A DNA stretch of 63,827 nt, the filler included, from Reticulomyxa filosa (Eukaryota > Protista > Foraminifera): assembly GCA_000512085.1 (NCBI GenBank). It is 19 parts of 19 records of this genome, joined end to end, with 100 filler letters (N's around TTAATTAATTAA, not from the genome) between each part and the next. Parts side by side here need not be neighbours in the genome. Positions count along the whole stretch, not along the records: positions 11,601 to 14,974 come from ASPP01015743.1; positions 15,075 to 17,579 come from ASPP01041069.1; positions 17,680 to 27,639 come from ASPP01012396.1; 16 more parts are not named here. One strand, written 5' to 3'. The notes beneath the pieces were generated by a model, which had not been told where the DNA came from, searched no databases, and was given only the letters and a program-made list of their open reading frames with translations. The translations under genes and the position numbers were made by a program. This document shows, piece after piece, positions 11,640 to 24,777 of this stretch (position 1 is its first letter; each line of letters opens with the position of its first letter).

Positions 11640-14600
11640 AAGTTAGGACCTTTGTGTTTTGCAGACAATACAAAGTGGAAACGGCAACGGATTTCAACAA
11701 GAAAGATCTCGCGCCGACAATGGACTGGAAACAAGATTCCACGCTGGTGATGCAGGTGGAATGCCGCCAAACGCTAATCCGTGGACGTTGGATAGGGTGG
11801 TTAATGTCGTCGACGGGGACGTCTTCGACAGGGTCGTCATCGAGTTGGTCACTGTCCAAGAGTTGGGCACCGTGTTTCATTTCGTCAAATAACGACAAAA
11901 TGGTTGTGAGCAACTTTGCTCGATTGGCAAACACATGCCACGTTTTGACCAGTTCCATACTCATTTTGTTCACTTTTTCAGGCAATCTTTCTCGCAGTTC
12001 CGTCATTTGAAAATCCAAGCCAAGAGATTTTTGTTGTTGGCCCATCTCCTCGTTGTCGTTGTCGTCCTCGTCCTTCTTCTCTTTCTCCTCTTCTTTCATA
12101 TTCTCCACATCCTTTTCTTTTTGTCCTGAATAATGGTCCGACGAAAACAAGTCCTTGCTTTTCAAAAAGGACACAAAGTCGTTTGTGAAGTGCTCACTTA
12201 AAATCGCATTTTCGATTAAAAAACTACTGGACGTGTGGTTGTCCTCCTTGGGGTGTGCTGCATTGGACACCGACCACGTCCACTTCTTTTGTCCGCTGTC
12301 GTTAAAGAACTCGTAGCATTGATAATAAAACCAATAGCATGCAACCAGCCAGGACGATACATTGCGATTGATCACTTGACCGTTTTGAGAACGGCAATTC
12401 GAAGTGACTTTTTATCCCACGTTTGAACCAAAGACACACACACACATGCAAACAAACCATAGAGTTTGAGTATTTTTAATCGGAGATATTTTGTTTGTGT
12501 ATGTGTATGTACCCAAATACACACACACACACACCATAATCTGCAAGTTTGGTTGGAATCGTTGTGGATGTGTCCGTGCGTTCATCGTTCCATTTCTCTT
12601 CAAAAAATACCGCAATGACTTCTGCAAAGTCCATATCACGGATCAATGAAATACCTTCCTGAATAGATGTTTCACAAACGCAATGCACAGTTTTTTTTTT
12701 TTTTCTCCGAGATTACCATTCACACATATACATAAATATGTATGTATATGCATGTAATATCAGAATATAAGAAGGAGAATCGAACATTGCTCAACTTTTT
12801 TCAAAAGAATGGGCTTTTTTTTTTGCGTGAAGCAATGCCAATCCACTCCTGACGACTGGCATTGCTTTGCAAGCATTCATTAAAAAATCCTTGATGCAAA
12901 GACCACACTTTCTTCAAATATCCTCTGTCAATGATTTGCGAGAAGATGTTGTCTTCATCCTCCGACATAAAGCGCACGTCGTTTTCCATTACCTCTTTCA
13001 AAATGTACACCGCATATGTCTCCACGTTCGATCGATCAATGGGATAAAAGTCGGACGGTGTCTCCTTTTCTGTGTCGATCTCGGCCTTTTCATCCACTTT
13101 CTCATCCAGCTCCATCACATCATCACCGCTCTCCGCATGTTTGGCAAAAGGAGGTTGCGTGAGTGGTTTGTCCAACAAATGAAGAGGGATGTTGATATCT
13201 TTGTCAATGGCAAGTAGAAACACGGTGTTTATGTGTGACATTATACAAATGAATTATATATACATATACACATATACACATATACATATATACATATATG
13301 TGTATATACTTTTGCGCGTGGTCAATGACTCCAAAGTTAGAAAAATCGTATTCAATGGCAATTCCAAACTGGTATCGTCCAATAGCTTTTCGGCAAAATA
13401 GCGGAATGTGTACAAATGAATGACCTCTTTCATTTTGTCGTGAATCTGTCTTTCATTTCGAACGTCGGTAGTGTGGTTCAATTGGCCTATTTTTTGGCTC
13501 CTCGTTCTCGCTTCTTGTTCTCTTAAATCTTTCCAATGCGCAATTAAGCCGGCCAGTTTTTCTTGATAAAACAGATCAAACGACAGATCATTTCGGATTT
13601 GAAGTGAAGACCGTTCAACAAACTCATTTCTTTGTAAAATACTGTTCCACTTTCGTTCTTCAATAGGCTTGCGAGTCCTTTCAGAACAGAGAGACAAACT
13701 TTACATATACAAATATAAAAATAAATAAAACAAAGAAACAAACCTTGAACGCGGTTGACAAATATCCAAATAAAAAAGTTTTTTCTTTTGAATTGGAACA
13801 GAATTGGACAAAGTGATTGCCCACAACCAATCGGCACTGACACATAGGTCAATGCAAGGAAATGGCAATGGCATCAATGGGATGAGTTTGTCGTCGGGGA
13901 CGTCGATTTTGTTGTCGTAAGTGATTAGCAATTCGGTCGTTGCACATTGATGATAGGAAAACTCGCTTGGAGATTGGAGCGAATTGGTCACGGAATAAAA
14001 CACAAACAACGTTGTCGCGGATAAGTCGCGATCTGTATGATGTGATGTATTGATGTTTTTTTTTTTTTTTTTTTTTAAATATTAAAAAATATTTTTTAAA
14101 TATTTAAAAAAAAAATGGTTTGGTCCAATGGCAAAGACAACAACAAATCATACAAGAATATGAGATGCATAACTTTCTTCTTTGTTAGGAAAGCATATGT
14201 GACAATGATCGATATGCATCTTGGAGTGGATATTGGATTGTGATGATGACGAGTGAGTAGAGCTTTGAAGAAGTGGTAGTTTGACTTGCAAACAAGACTC
14301 CAATTTCAAAATGGGGACGATTTCCTCGTCATTGACAATGGGTTGATCAGAAAACCCACTCAAATAAAAAATGTCCAAACAGGCGTTTTCCGAGTCAATG
14401 GCACAGACAAGCAATGATTGATCCAGCACGGTGAACTCCATGCATTTGTAATGGCAAGTTGGTCTGTTGCTGTGTGATTTGTGGGATATGTTTGTCACTC
14501 AAAACAGAACGAACATAAATGAGAAGAAAAAAAAGGACTATGCCTGGAGAGCAATTTGTTCAAAATGGACGACGACAGCAATGAAGGTGAAGACAATGCG

Positions 14601-14910
14601 ACTTCACACGAAAAGCAATTTCGCAATGAAGAAGGGTCCGTGACCAGTTTGCATACGAACAACTCGTCCACACAGCAGAGCAACAGTTGAGTGGGAGACA
14701 ACATGCGGAACAAAAACTTGTAGTCACTCGTGTAGTTCACTGCACTCTTCTGTCCGTCCGAGTGAAAAAGGGGTAGTCAAAGTGTCGATATTTTCTTTGA
14801 ATTGCGTGCTCCAATCTGTACGTCTGATAAATGGCTTCGCCAGTCTTCTTCAACAACACCGTTAGAATTGATTCGTTGATATGCTCTTCAGACCAATGAC
14901 TATACTGTTG
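11640..14910 (-). CDS. Internal multi-exon fragment of a large protein, probably nucleoporin Nup160
   Basis: Consecutive minus-strand exons, beta-rich then helical. CIDLCVSADWLWAIT...KWNSILQ...LQIRNDLSFDLFYQEKL resembles, from memory, the propeller-to-helical junction of metazoan Nup160. The family call is an inference. Confidence 0.5.
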
Positions 14911-15074
14911 CACACATACACATATATATATACATATATGCACATATGTAATATATATGTGTATACATATACAANNNNNNNNNNNNNNNNNNNNNNNNNN
15001 NNNNNNNNNNNNNNNNNNTTAATTAATTAANNNNNNNNNNNNNNNNNNNNNNNNNNNNNNNNNNNNNNNNNNNN

Positions 15075-17340
15075 TTGTTGGACGTTTGCTATCACGTTTC
15101 AATAACAGAGATAACAACCACGACGACATTCACAGGCAAGACACAGACCTCTTCCATGGGCTCAAACAGTGGGAACATTGGAATTGGATGACGCACCAGG
15201 AATGTGTACCTGCATTTCGTTGTTCTTGAAGTATTGGAAATGCGGTAGATACAAGCATCGCGTAGCGTCCATCAAGTCGTCCGTTAGCCCATAGCCACTT
15301 TGTACACATTTACGTGTGTTCGAATTCGACTTGAGTTTTGAATTGTAATTCAGTCAAATCATAGCACTCAAGAAACAAGAAAGGAGAAGACAATGCAAAA
15401 AGAAAGAAGAATACGTCCAAGACTGAAGAAGAAGAAGAAGAATAAAATAATGGTATTATCAATCCTTGGATCGTGCCAGTCCAAACGTCGGACATGGTCG
15501 TTATTGGAAATACTATCGTCACAAGGGTGACCAGAGCGGATTGGCTTCGTATTCTGAGAGAATCCATCGTGATATGGCGTTATAACAGTTGGACAAGATT
15601 CTCTCAAATAAATCCCGGACAATCTCGATTTTTGCAATCGGACGGCACCAAGATCCAGTTTCCAAGATAAAAGAAAAGAAAAATGTGATGATATCGCGCA
15701 ACGTGCCAACGATATAAACATTACGGCGTCACAACGGCGGCAGCAGCGACGGTATTTACTGAATGAATAGAAAAAGATGAAGAAAAGGACGTGGACATTG
15801 TCACATGTGTGGCGATCGAGTAAACCACGACATCAAAAGAACCATTTCATATGCAAAGATTCAATTTGATGGAGGGGTTATTCGAAGCTCAAGCCAAGAT
15901 CATCCGCAAAACAAGAAGGGAAGAGGGAGATGATAAACGTAAGAAAGAGAACGCCAAGAATCGGGGGGCTATACCGCGTTGGATTTAAATTTTAAAAAAA
16001 AAAACGTTGTCGGCTTTGCTGGTTGCGGAATGATTCTTCACACACACAAACGGCGACTTTGCGCGCTCTCGACCATTGACTAACTTCATAATGCGCCAAT
16101 CGAAGCTGCTGGATGATCGTGACAATGTAATGAATCGCTTCAATGTGTTGGAGGGGTCTCTGGTTCCTACTGGGTGGATATGTGGACAACGTCGGTGTCA
16201 GAAGTCTATCGTATTATACCCTCTTCCCGAAGCGTCGTCGTTGTGAATACGTATTTGGTTACCAAAAACCGAATTACTCGGACTCGAGAAGTGGAAGTAT
16301 TTGATATTGACAAGGCCGCCACTCAAGAAATGATAGCGCTATAGTGGACGAGCTTTTCAATGTTAACAACTTCCCCCTCAAGTCTGTTTAATCGTTCAAA
16401 ATGGATACGTGATGGGGCATTGCCATGGAATTCGAAGCGCGCGCATTCGAACAGAAAAGAACTCAATTTATGGCATCTCTAACTTCTGTTATAGTTGGTC
16501 ATTTATGTGCGCCGGCCCCTTTCATGTTATACCGGACATTATAAATCGTATTTGGGTCCATTGCACGAAAAAGTTTTTATATGTGTATATATTTTTTTTT
16601 ATGTACATGTCCAATAACTATTATACGTATATTGATTATATATTTATGTGTTACTTGAAATTTTTGAATAGATATTTCAAAGTGTACAAACTAGATGGAG
16701 GTACACTACATGAAGTTTTGTAATGCAGATGGACATGCTGTTGCTACTTATAATGCCATTGGTGCTGCAGAGACTTCCCAGCAACAACAGCAATAGTGAC
16801 AGCAAGGTTAACAATAGCAGTAGTATCGATTGTTGTACATGAAAGTAAAAGAAGTGGAACAACCTCATAGTCGAATTGCTGCTGATTGAAATCCAATCTA
16901 TCAAATTATGGAACCACATTACAACATATCATTTCTCCAATCGAACTCATTTGTTCATCATTGAACAAAAAATATTTTTTAGTGACTGCGTGCATCGGAT
17001 ATGGGTCATGGTATTGCGCTTTAAATGATGTATATTAAAAAAAAAAAGGTCCATATCCAATGTAATGTGGTGCATGATTGATGAAAGAAAATTGAAAGTG
17101 GTGGATGAGCTGATCATTTTCATGGATATGCGCAACCTATATTTCAAGTTATATTGTTTTTTTTGTAATGTGATTGGAAAATATTTTGAAACATGTATGA
17201 CAATACACAAATATGTAACATAGATCTCCAAAGAACCCAAAACTTGTTTGTGGATCGATTGAAAAGTGGCAGCAAGCAAAAGCAAAGTGAAATTCAAATA
17301 ACGGCAAAGTTGGTGTCATTATTCGATCGCAAGGTTTCAT
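15075..17340 (+). pseudogene. Decayed coding-like sequence, family uncertain
   Basis: Coding-like GC content and intron-like AT blocks, but all frames are interrupted by stops every 30-80 codons. Confidence 0.4.
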
Positions 17341-18040
17341 ATTTAACACTTGCTAAATTTTTTTTGCTCAAAAAATTTGTCTTTTTGTGTGAGCGTTGTT
17401 TCTTTGTGATATTTTTTTCCGCAAAGATAATGTAATGTCCAATTTTCCGCTCACCTGATATCCTTCTTGTCTCTTTAGATTTCTCGCAAAAAATTTCTGA
17501 AATTGAATATTTTTGGTTATCCAAGCTTGCTTGTGTATTTCAACCTTGAATGTAATAACTTTGAAAAAGCAACTCTTTTNNNNNNNNNNNNNNNNNNNNN
17601 NNNNNNNNNNNNNNNNNNNNNNNTTAATTAATTAANNNNNNNNNNNNNNNNNNNNNNNNNNNNNNNNNNNNNNNNNNNNAAAAAAAAAAAAACGGGGTAT
17701 CCTTACAATAAAAAAAAAAAAATCGCATGTAAGGTAATGATTTTGTTCGTTTTTTGTTTTTTTCTTTTTTTTCTTTTTTTTTTTACCAAGTTGGGCAATT
17801 TAGTATTGTTTGACTGCGGTGTATCTTTTTCTTTCTTTTTATTTTTCTTAAATTCCTTTTTTTTTTTATGCTTCATCTCCCCGGTTTCAAAACTTCGTGT
17901 AATTTTTACTGAGTGTTTTCATTTTTTAATTCCAAAGCGGTAAATGAATAATACATCGATCTCTTATCTACAAAAACATGCCAATAAGTTTAAATTTTTC
18001 GTTACTACTTGACTTAGAAGGTAAAATGTCAAATTAAAAG

Positions 18041-19853
18041 TCAATCGCCATTCCTTAAACCAATTCCTTCACAACTGATATATGTCTTGCAGTCCATAGA
18101 TTGTCCATTTTCATTTTTCATATTTTCATGTTCGACAATTTGAAATTTGCAACCAGTCACTGCGAGTTTTTTAATTGTCTGTTTGTTGTGTATTCTTGTT
18201 TGTGAAAGTGTAATAAATTATTCAACTGATTTCAGCAAAATGAATTGCGGTTTTGGTGTGTAATTCCAAAGTCCCACACTTGAGCTCGGATTTTCCTTGT
18301 GCCAAAGCCGCGAAAATGATCAATTGATCTTGCAAGTATCGATCGACACAACAATTTTCACCACTGTAAATCAAGTCCTCCAACAGGTCATGAGCGGCAG
18401 ATTCCCCAATTTGCGCGTTTGTTATATTTGTGTTTTTGTCTCTCAATGCGGAGCTACCAAATAAAACACCTAGTTCAATTAATATTAGTTTAAAAAATAT
18501 ACACAAATTTTTTTTTCGTTGCTGGCACATTTCAAACTGTTTGTGCTTTTTAGTTTTTGTTATTATTCTTTGATGTATGTTAAAAAAAAAGTCTTTGGAT
18601 TCACCTTTGGTAGTTTCGGCAACAAGGATAATAGCGCTTGCAACAGATAAGGAGTCTTCTTTTTTGATTTGAATGTCAATCTCGATGTTTGGCTGTAAAT
18701 GTGCAGCCAAGTACTTTTTTGCTCCTTGCGCAATTTGGACAGCTACGTGACGATCAATTTTGCTAACTAAAGCAATGCCTCGAATTTCTTTAACATTGCC
18801 TTTTTCTGTCAATTGGAAAGCAGGAAGTGTACCATTACTTGGCGATGTCTGTGTCGAATCGGTGTGAGAATGAGGCTGATTTGGCCAAGATATGGGTTGG
18901 GTTTGCATCAAAATTTCACCTCCACCGTGTGGGTAAAATCCACGTCTTTTACAAGTAACATTCATTTCTACATTCAATAAGCGCCTTAAAGATGGCTTTA
19001 GCAAAAAAAATAAAAAAAAAGGACAACAATTCAAACACAAATGTGCACATTACCGTATACATACAATAATAATTGACCAAATGGTCGCAACAACAACAAA
19101 AAAAAGATTGCTCTTTCTTTTTACACTACTACAATAGTTTTTTTTAACTTGCAAGACATTCTGCACGTAATCAATAGGGGGTGCAAAACTTGCGTTGGTT
19201 CCACCTTTCAAGGTGAGTGACATTGGATGAGGTTCAAATAAACAACATGGCAAAGCAATTTGTAATAATAAACACACACTTCCAGCTGTCTTTGTGTCCA
19301 CCACAAATGAGTTTTTTTGCTTGGCCAAATGCTTTTTATCTTTTCTTGGATAATAATATATTTCCGTAGAGTTGTCAAAGTTCCCATACAACTCGCCACT
19401 TTTTTGTTTATATTTTTATTGAACAGCAAATCAAGCAAACAATAGATATTTTGCTTTTTCAATAAATTTGCACAAAGTGCAAGATGAAAATTGAGGGCAC
19501 AAATGATTGGTGTACAAATATATGTACATATAATTTACTCGTAGAGAGTTTGGACCAAATTGATACACTGTAAGTGCTGTGGCTGCAATCCTGGATTTTT
19601 ACGACCGGCTCTGATATTGAAAATATGGATTGGTCTATTCATTAATGCGCTTAAACTCATACAATTACGGAGAATTTGTCCACCTTTTTTATTTAAGCAA
19701 TTATTTATTCCATCAAATTACATAGATTTTGTTTGTTTGATGCACACGTTATAATTTTATTCTTTCCTTTTTTAAAAAAATAATGATCATTACCGCGTAC
19801 CTCCTTCCATTATTCCCCCATCAATTTGTATTACTTCTTCATTTTTGTATCCA
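18041..19853 (-). CDS. RTCA: RNA 3'-terminal phosphate cyclase, multi-exon
   Basis: IDGGIMEGG/GQILRN, NIRAGRKNPGLQPQHL, TAGSVCLLLQ, LKGGTNASFAPP, RRGFYPHGGG, VDRYLQDQLIIFAALA, LELHTKTAI; stop at 18041. The nearest ATG (19853) is one base out of frame across an A-run, so the start is uncertain. Confidence 0.92.
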
Positions 19854-22052
19854 TACGGCAGACTGTGTCTTAGACTTTGATCTAATTTTTTTCATGTCTT
19901 CCAATCTTTGGAAGAGTGCCCCGACGCTTGAAGCTCTGATCTTGTTCTTTTCCTCCTCTCGAAGAGCACAGCCGCTGAGATATGGCAATATTCACCACGT
20001 TTTTATCAATGCCTTTAATCCAACAATTGGCTCTAAAAAATTGTGTCAAGTACAAGATATTACCAAAAACTTTCATTTTGGTGGACTTTTTTTTGCAATA
20101 GAGCAATTAATCGCTCAACAAAACCCCTAAAAAAGCACTAAAAATCCAGTTTTTATCCTTTGCCGTGTTAACAGGATCTTCCTGTGACACAGACATTTTT
20201 TTCTTTTTTCCAGAAAAAACAAACATATCTTAATCTTTTTAAAATATTTGTGTGTTTAACTTTTTAAGTGTGGTGTTGATTTTTATGAAATACTCCTTGA
20301 CCGAGCAAAATCTTCCTTTTAATAGTTTCTGCAAAATCTGCAAAAAAATGAAATTTTTCCATCTTTAAAAAGAAATAAATAAAGCCAAAAACGGAGATAC
20401 TAAACAGTGAAAGGGATTTTTTGACTAAAAAAGTATCAAACAACTACGACAACATCCAAGATAAAAAAGAAAAAAAAGAATGCCAGGTGCTTCGGGTCGA
20501 AAAATATTACTTATGAATACGCCAACAGTGAGCGATATTTTGCAACAACAATAGAATGGAAAATGTTCTGAAAAAATTTACTTGAATATATGCCAACAAG
20601 AACCATTCTATGACTGTTTGAAAATATTATGTGAGAAACGAAGAAAATTTGGTTAGCCCTGTCTGGTGTTTGGGAAAAGCCAATGCCAACAACAAATGTT
20701 ATGTTTTGAAAAATGTAATTTCTTAAGGTTTGTCCGGATTTTTCTGACATTTGATGGATGATAGACTAAGTACCAAACAAAAAAAAAGCGTTCAATGTAC
20801 ACCAAAAAGATATAGCACTAACCAAATATTTAAGCATAATATGTTGTATTGAATATTGGCTGAGTCTACAGATATTGATACCGAACTGTTGTTATATTTG
20901 GAAACGAAGTGTCAGTGACAAAGTCTGCTTTGTCATATGTTTCAAAAAATGTTTTGGATCGTTATGTGCGAGATGTCAAAAGCAATTCATTCAGTTTGCA
21001 TTTATTTTGCTAAAATATTTTCATTTTTCTACAAACGATGAAATATTTTGTTGCAGCAGTTTTGGAAATGCATATTTGGTTGATCAGATTTGTGTTGTAT
21101 TTGCGATTGACTAGATGAAATTTGTGAAATGAACAGCGTTGTTGTAATATATCATCTTGCTTTAAACATTTACATTAGTATGAGCTGATTGCACAAGTCT
21201 TAGTTATTTGCCAAAGTGATAATATGCTAAATGTATTTGATATTACATTATTATACTTGGATACAATAGTACAGTCCGATCCACAAAGATTGAATACGTG
21301 TTAACTGATATATCCAACCTTCATTATATAATATGCTTTGGTCAACTCTTCACGCAAATTGTTTCAAGACTGCGTGACAACATATACTGCACGTAGTATT
21401 TTCGATCATAAGTTTGGTAAAAAGAAAAAACTATTTCTCAATCATAAAGTACTTAGCAAAGCGTCTGGCGCCTTTGGATTTCTTATAAAGCAATCAAGTA
21501 ATTAAGAATTAGCTGCATGATTGCTCGTGATTACACAACAAACGACATTGTCAAAACAAGTTTTAGCAAACGTAACTACTATATTCAATTCATCGCAGTA
21601 AGTATATTATCGACAAATGGCTATGCACAGATTAATATCATTGACATTTCTATTTATTTCGTTTTTTTCAATATAGTTAGCTCAAACTTTTTTTTGTGTT
21701 TGTGCAAAGTGTTGTAAGTCAATGAAGACTTGTTTCAAAAATTCTACCACACCGCAAAAAACTGTCAAATACTTTTTTCTTCATTTGTTAGTATTTTATC
21801 AAATAGTAAATTTTTGTTATTGAGTAATTTAACATTTTTTAATTGATTTTTGTTTTTTTAATTTAGAATTGTTGATTGTCTTGATTTTTTTTAATGTTAT
21901 TTTTTTGGGGGGCCGTGAACAGATTTTATTGTTTTTTAGCATATGGCTATTTTTTAGATCTTAGAGTAAAATAGCGTTTTCTGTTGTATTTTTAAAGTAA
22001 TTTTCGGGTACTTTTAGCTTTTAGTATTTTGTTAAATTGTGTTTGTGAATTT

Positions 22053-24348
22053 TTATATAGCCCCCCATAATCGAATTGTTCCGTCATAACAGGCTGCTGC
22101 AAATGTGTTGCCATTCGGTGAAACATCCACTCTTGACAAATTTTTTGGACATTCCCCCAATGTTTGTATTTCCACTCCTAATTTTACATCCCATAATCGG
22201 ATTGTTTTATCTTCTGAACACGAGATAATAGTTTGTCCATCTGGAAAGAACTGCGCACAGTTTATAGAATTTGTATGTCCTACCAGTTTTTTGATTTGTG
22301 TTCCTGATCTCACATCCCATAATCGAATAGTTTTGTCCCATGAACTAGATATAACATAGCAATTGTCTGGAGAAAATTGTGCACTCATTATATTATCTGT
22401 ATGTCCTTCAAAATTTTGTAGTCTTTTGTCTGATACTAAATCCCAAATTCTAATAGTTTGATCATCTGATGCTGATACAATCCGTTGACCATCAGATGAG
22501 AATTGTACATCATTTACATCTTCTGAATGCTCGTTTATTTTTTTGATTTCTTGCTCAGACTGTATGTCCCAAATTCGAATTGTTTGATCATATGATGCAG
22601 ATACAAGAGTCTTTCCATCAGGTGAAAATTGGACCCTTGAGACAGCGTGTGAATGTCCCTCGAATTTGGCTTTTTCGATATAGGATTTTCCATCCCATAG
22701 CCGTATTGTTTTGTCACTTGAACACGATACAATCATAGTTCCATCTGGGGAAAACTGCGCATCATGAACAGGATAAAAATGTCCTGTCAGTGTTTGAATT
22801 TCACGACCAGAGTCAACATCCCATATCCGAATTGTTTCATCATCAGAAGCCGAAACAAGTTTGGTTCCGTCAGGTGAAAATTTCACGCTGTCCACAATAC
22901 TGGAATGACCTCGAAAAATTTTTAATGGTTTGAAATATTTCATCTTGTTTTTTTTTTAAAAATAACACGTTAAAAGAAATTTGAAAAGTTCAAAAACAAA
23001 GTTTACCATCATGTATCGCAAAATTATAATATTGAACTCGTCGATCCATCCTAATTTGATTAACAATGAGTCCATCCAATGAGTGATGATCATTTTGATT
23101 TCTTTTGCTATCTTTTTTTTTAAGGTTGTATTAAAAGTTTTAAAAAAGATAACAAGTAAATAAAAATCTATCAACTTTTAGTTTTTTAATGTCAAATCCT
23201 TCGTCCATCTTCTTTATCTCTAACTGAATTTCTTCTGCAATTATTTGTTCGTTTTCTTCCTTAATCCATCGTTTTTCTTCCTCTGTTTCTTCGTTTATCA
23301 ATTCCTTCACTTTTATTTTCATATGCGCTGATTCTACCTTGTCTCCATTGCATCCCCCAATAATATGTATATGCACGTTATCTTCACTCGCTACTACAAG
23401 AGAGTCTGCCAATGGCATAGGTAAAGTTTGTTCAAATTTTATCCATTTATTTTCGACCGTTAAGTATTTGTAGATTTCGTTTGAAAAGCCAAGTTCATAA
23501 ACGTTATCTCCACCAAAAAACAAAATAAAATCATTGACACAAACATATCCATAAGAAGAGAAAAACCTAAGTGTTGTGCAAACTCTTATATTGTTAAATT
23601 GAAAAGTATTCGTGGCTTCATTATATTTGATTGATAATCCTGTCCTCTCACAAAATAACATCATTTCAGTTATTTTTTTGTTGTCATTGTTTTCGTTTGC
23701 TGTTTGCAATTTATTCTCTGGTTTCAATACAAAACAGTGATACATTATTACATTTTCGATTGGCAAAATGGCATGGCGAATATGTTGAAGAATGCCCAAA
23801 TCAAATATTTCAATGCTCTTTGAAAGGTGAGTGATAAATAATAAATGGTTATTATTGCCACCAATCACTGCACGTAGTCCTTCCGAAAGACCTTTCTCTC
23901 CACCTATATAAACTTGTTTATTTTTGCTGTCAATCAAAGGAGCCCATTCATTAATATGTTTCGTATCAACAACGCCATTTCTATTCTCTTTCTCTTCATC
24001 CCAAACACTCACGTATTTCATCGTCAATGTGTGCTTATTAGTTCCACCAAAAGATAGCAATGTAATTTCATTTACATTCGAATTTTTGTGATTGTTTGCA
24101 TATTTTACCACACAGTGTCCATACAATGAGATATTCTTTGGATAAGAACAAATGAATTTGTACTGATTTCTAAGTATATGATAGGAATAGCAGTCATTAT
24201 GAAACGAACCTCCACAAATGATAATTTCATTACTGTGTGGTACACATTGAGCACCACGAAGTGGGATTGGCAAAGAGGCCAAAATTTCAAATGGAGACGT
24301 TGTTGTCAAGTTTGAAGTTTCTTCAAGCTTGATATAATTTGATTCCAT
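22053..24348 (-). CDS. Kelch-like propeller + cassette module + WD40 propeller protein, 3 exons (24348-23176, 23111-23007, 22943-22053), ~722 aa
   Basis: Exon 1 has Kelch-type IICGG, LLSFGG, ILFFGG and IHIIGG blades. Exon 2 reads IAKEIKMIITHWMDSLLIKLGWIDEFNIIILRYMM. Exon 3 has seven WD40 repeats. Introns are phase-0 GT-AG. Confidence 0.88.
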
Positions 24349-24777
24349 TTTTATAAAAAGAACTAAATTTTATTTTTACTCGTCCAAGAGTATAATCAGG
24401 CAATGAGATATATAAAAAATAGTTCAAAAATCTGAACGTTGGAAAAGTACTTGAGCACAAAGTTGTCAAGCCGAAATTAAAGTTGGGAGATGCTGTTTGA
24501 ACGTGTCTGAAATTTTCAATTGAAGATACTATAGGTGTTAAGAAACAAGCAAGTAGAAACAGAAATTTTATATAAGAACTATGTGACCCACTGGACATTT
24601 ACTTTATAATCTTTGTAAGCGTTAATAATGAAAGGAATTAATCCAAAATAAAGACACAGTATATTAATAAACTATTTTTTGACGTGGAATAAAACATTGA
24701 GAAGTAGCGTTGCAAAAAAAAAAAAAAAAAGAAAAAGGCAGAGCCAAAATGGACAGGAGAAGAAAAAAAAAAAAAAT

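Noticed and set aside
15075-17340. Alternative genetic code (stop reassignment) to explain in-frame stops
   Set aside because: Conserved genes here read cleanly in the standard code and end in ordinary stops. The disrupted regions also contain frameshifts and deletions, which recoding would not fix.
19835-19900. Programmed frameshift or pseudogenisation at the RTCA start
   Set aside because: The one-base discrepancy lies in an A homopolymer and the rest of the gene is intact. A sequencing error or an upstream exon is the simpler explanation.
20500-21720. Coding-like minus-strand stretch between RTCA and the Kelch-WD40 gene
   Set aside because: No sustained frame or recognisable motif; possibly an old pseudogene but not supportable.
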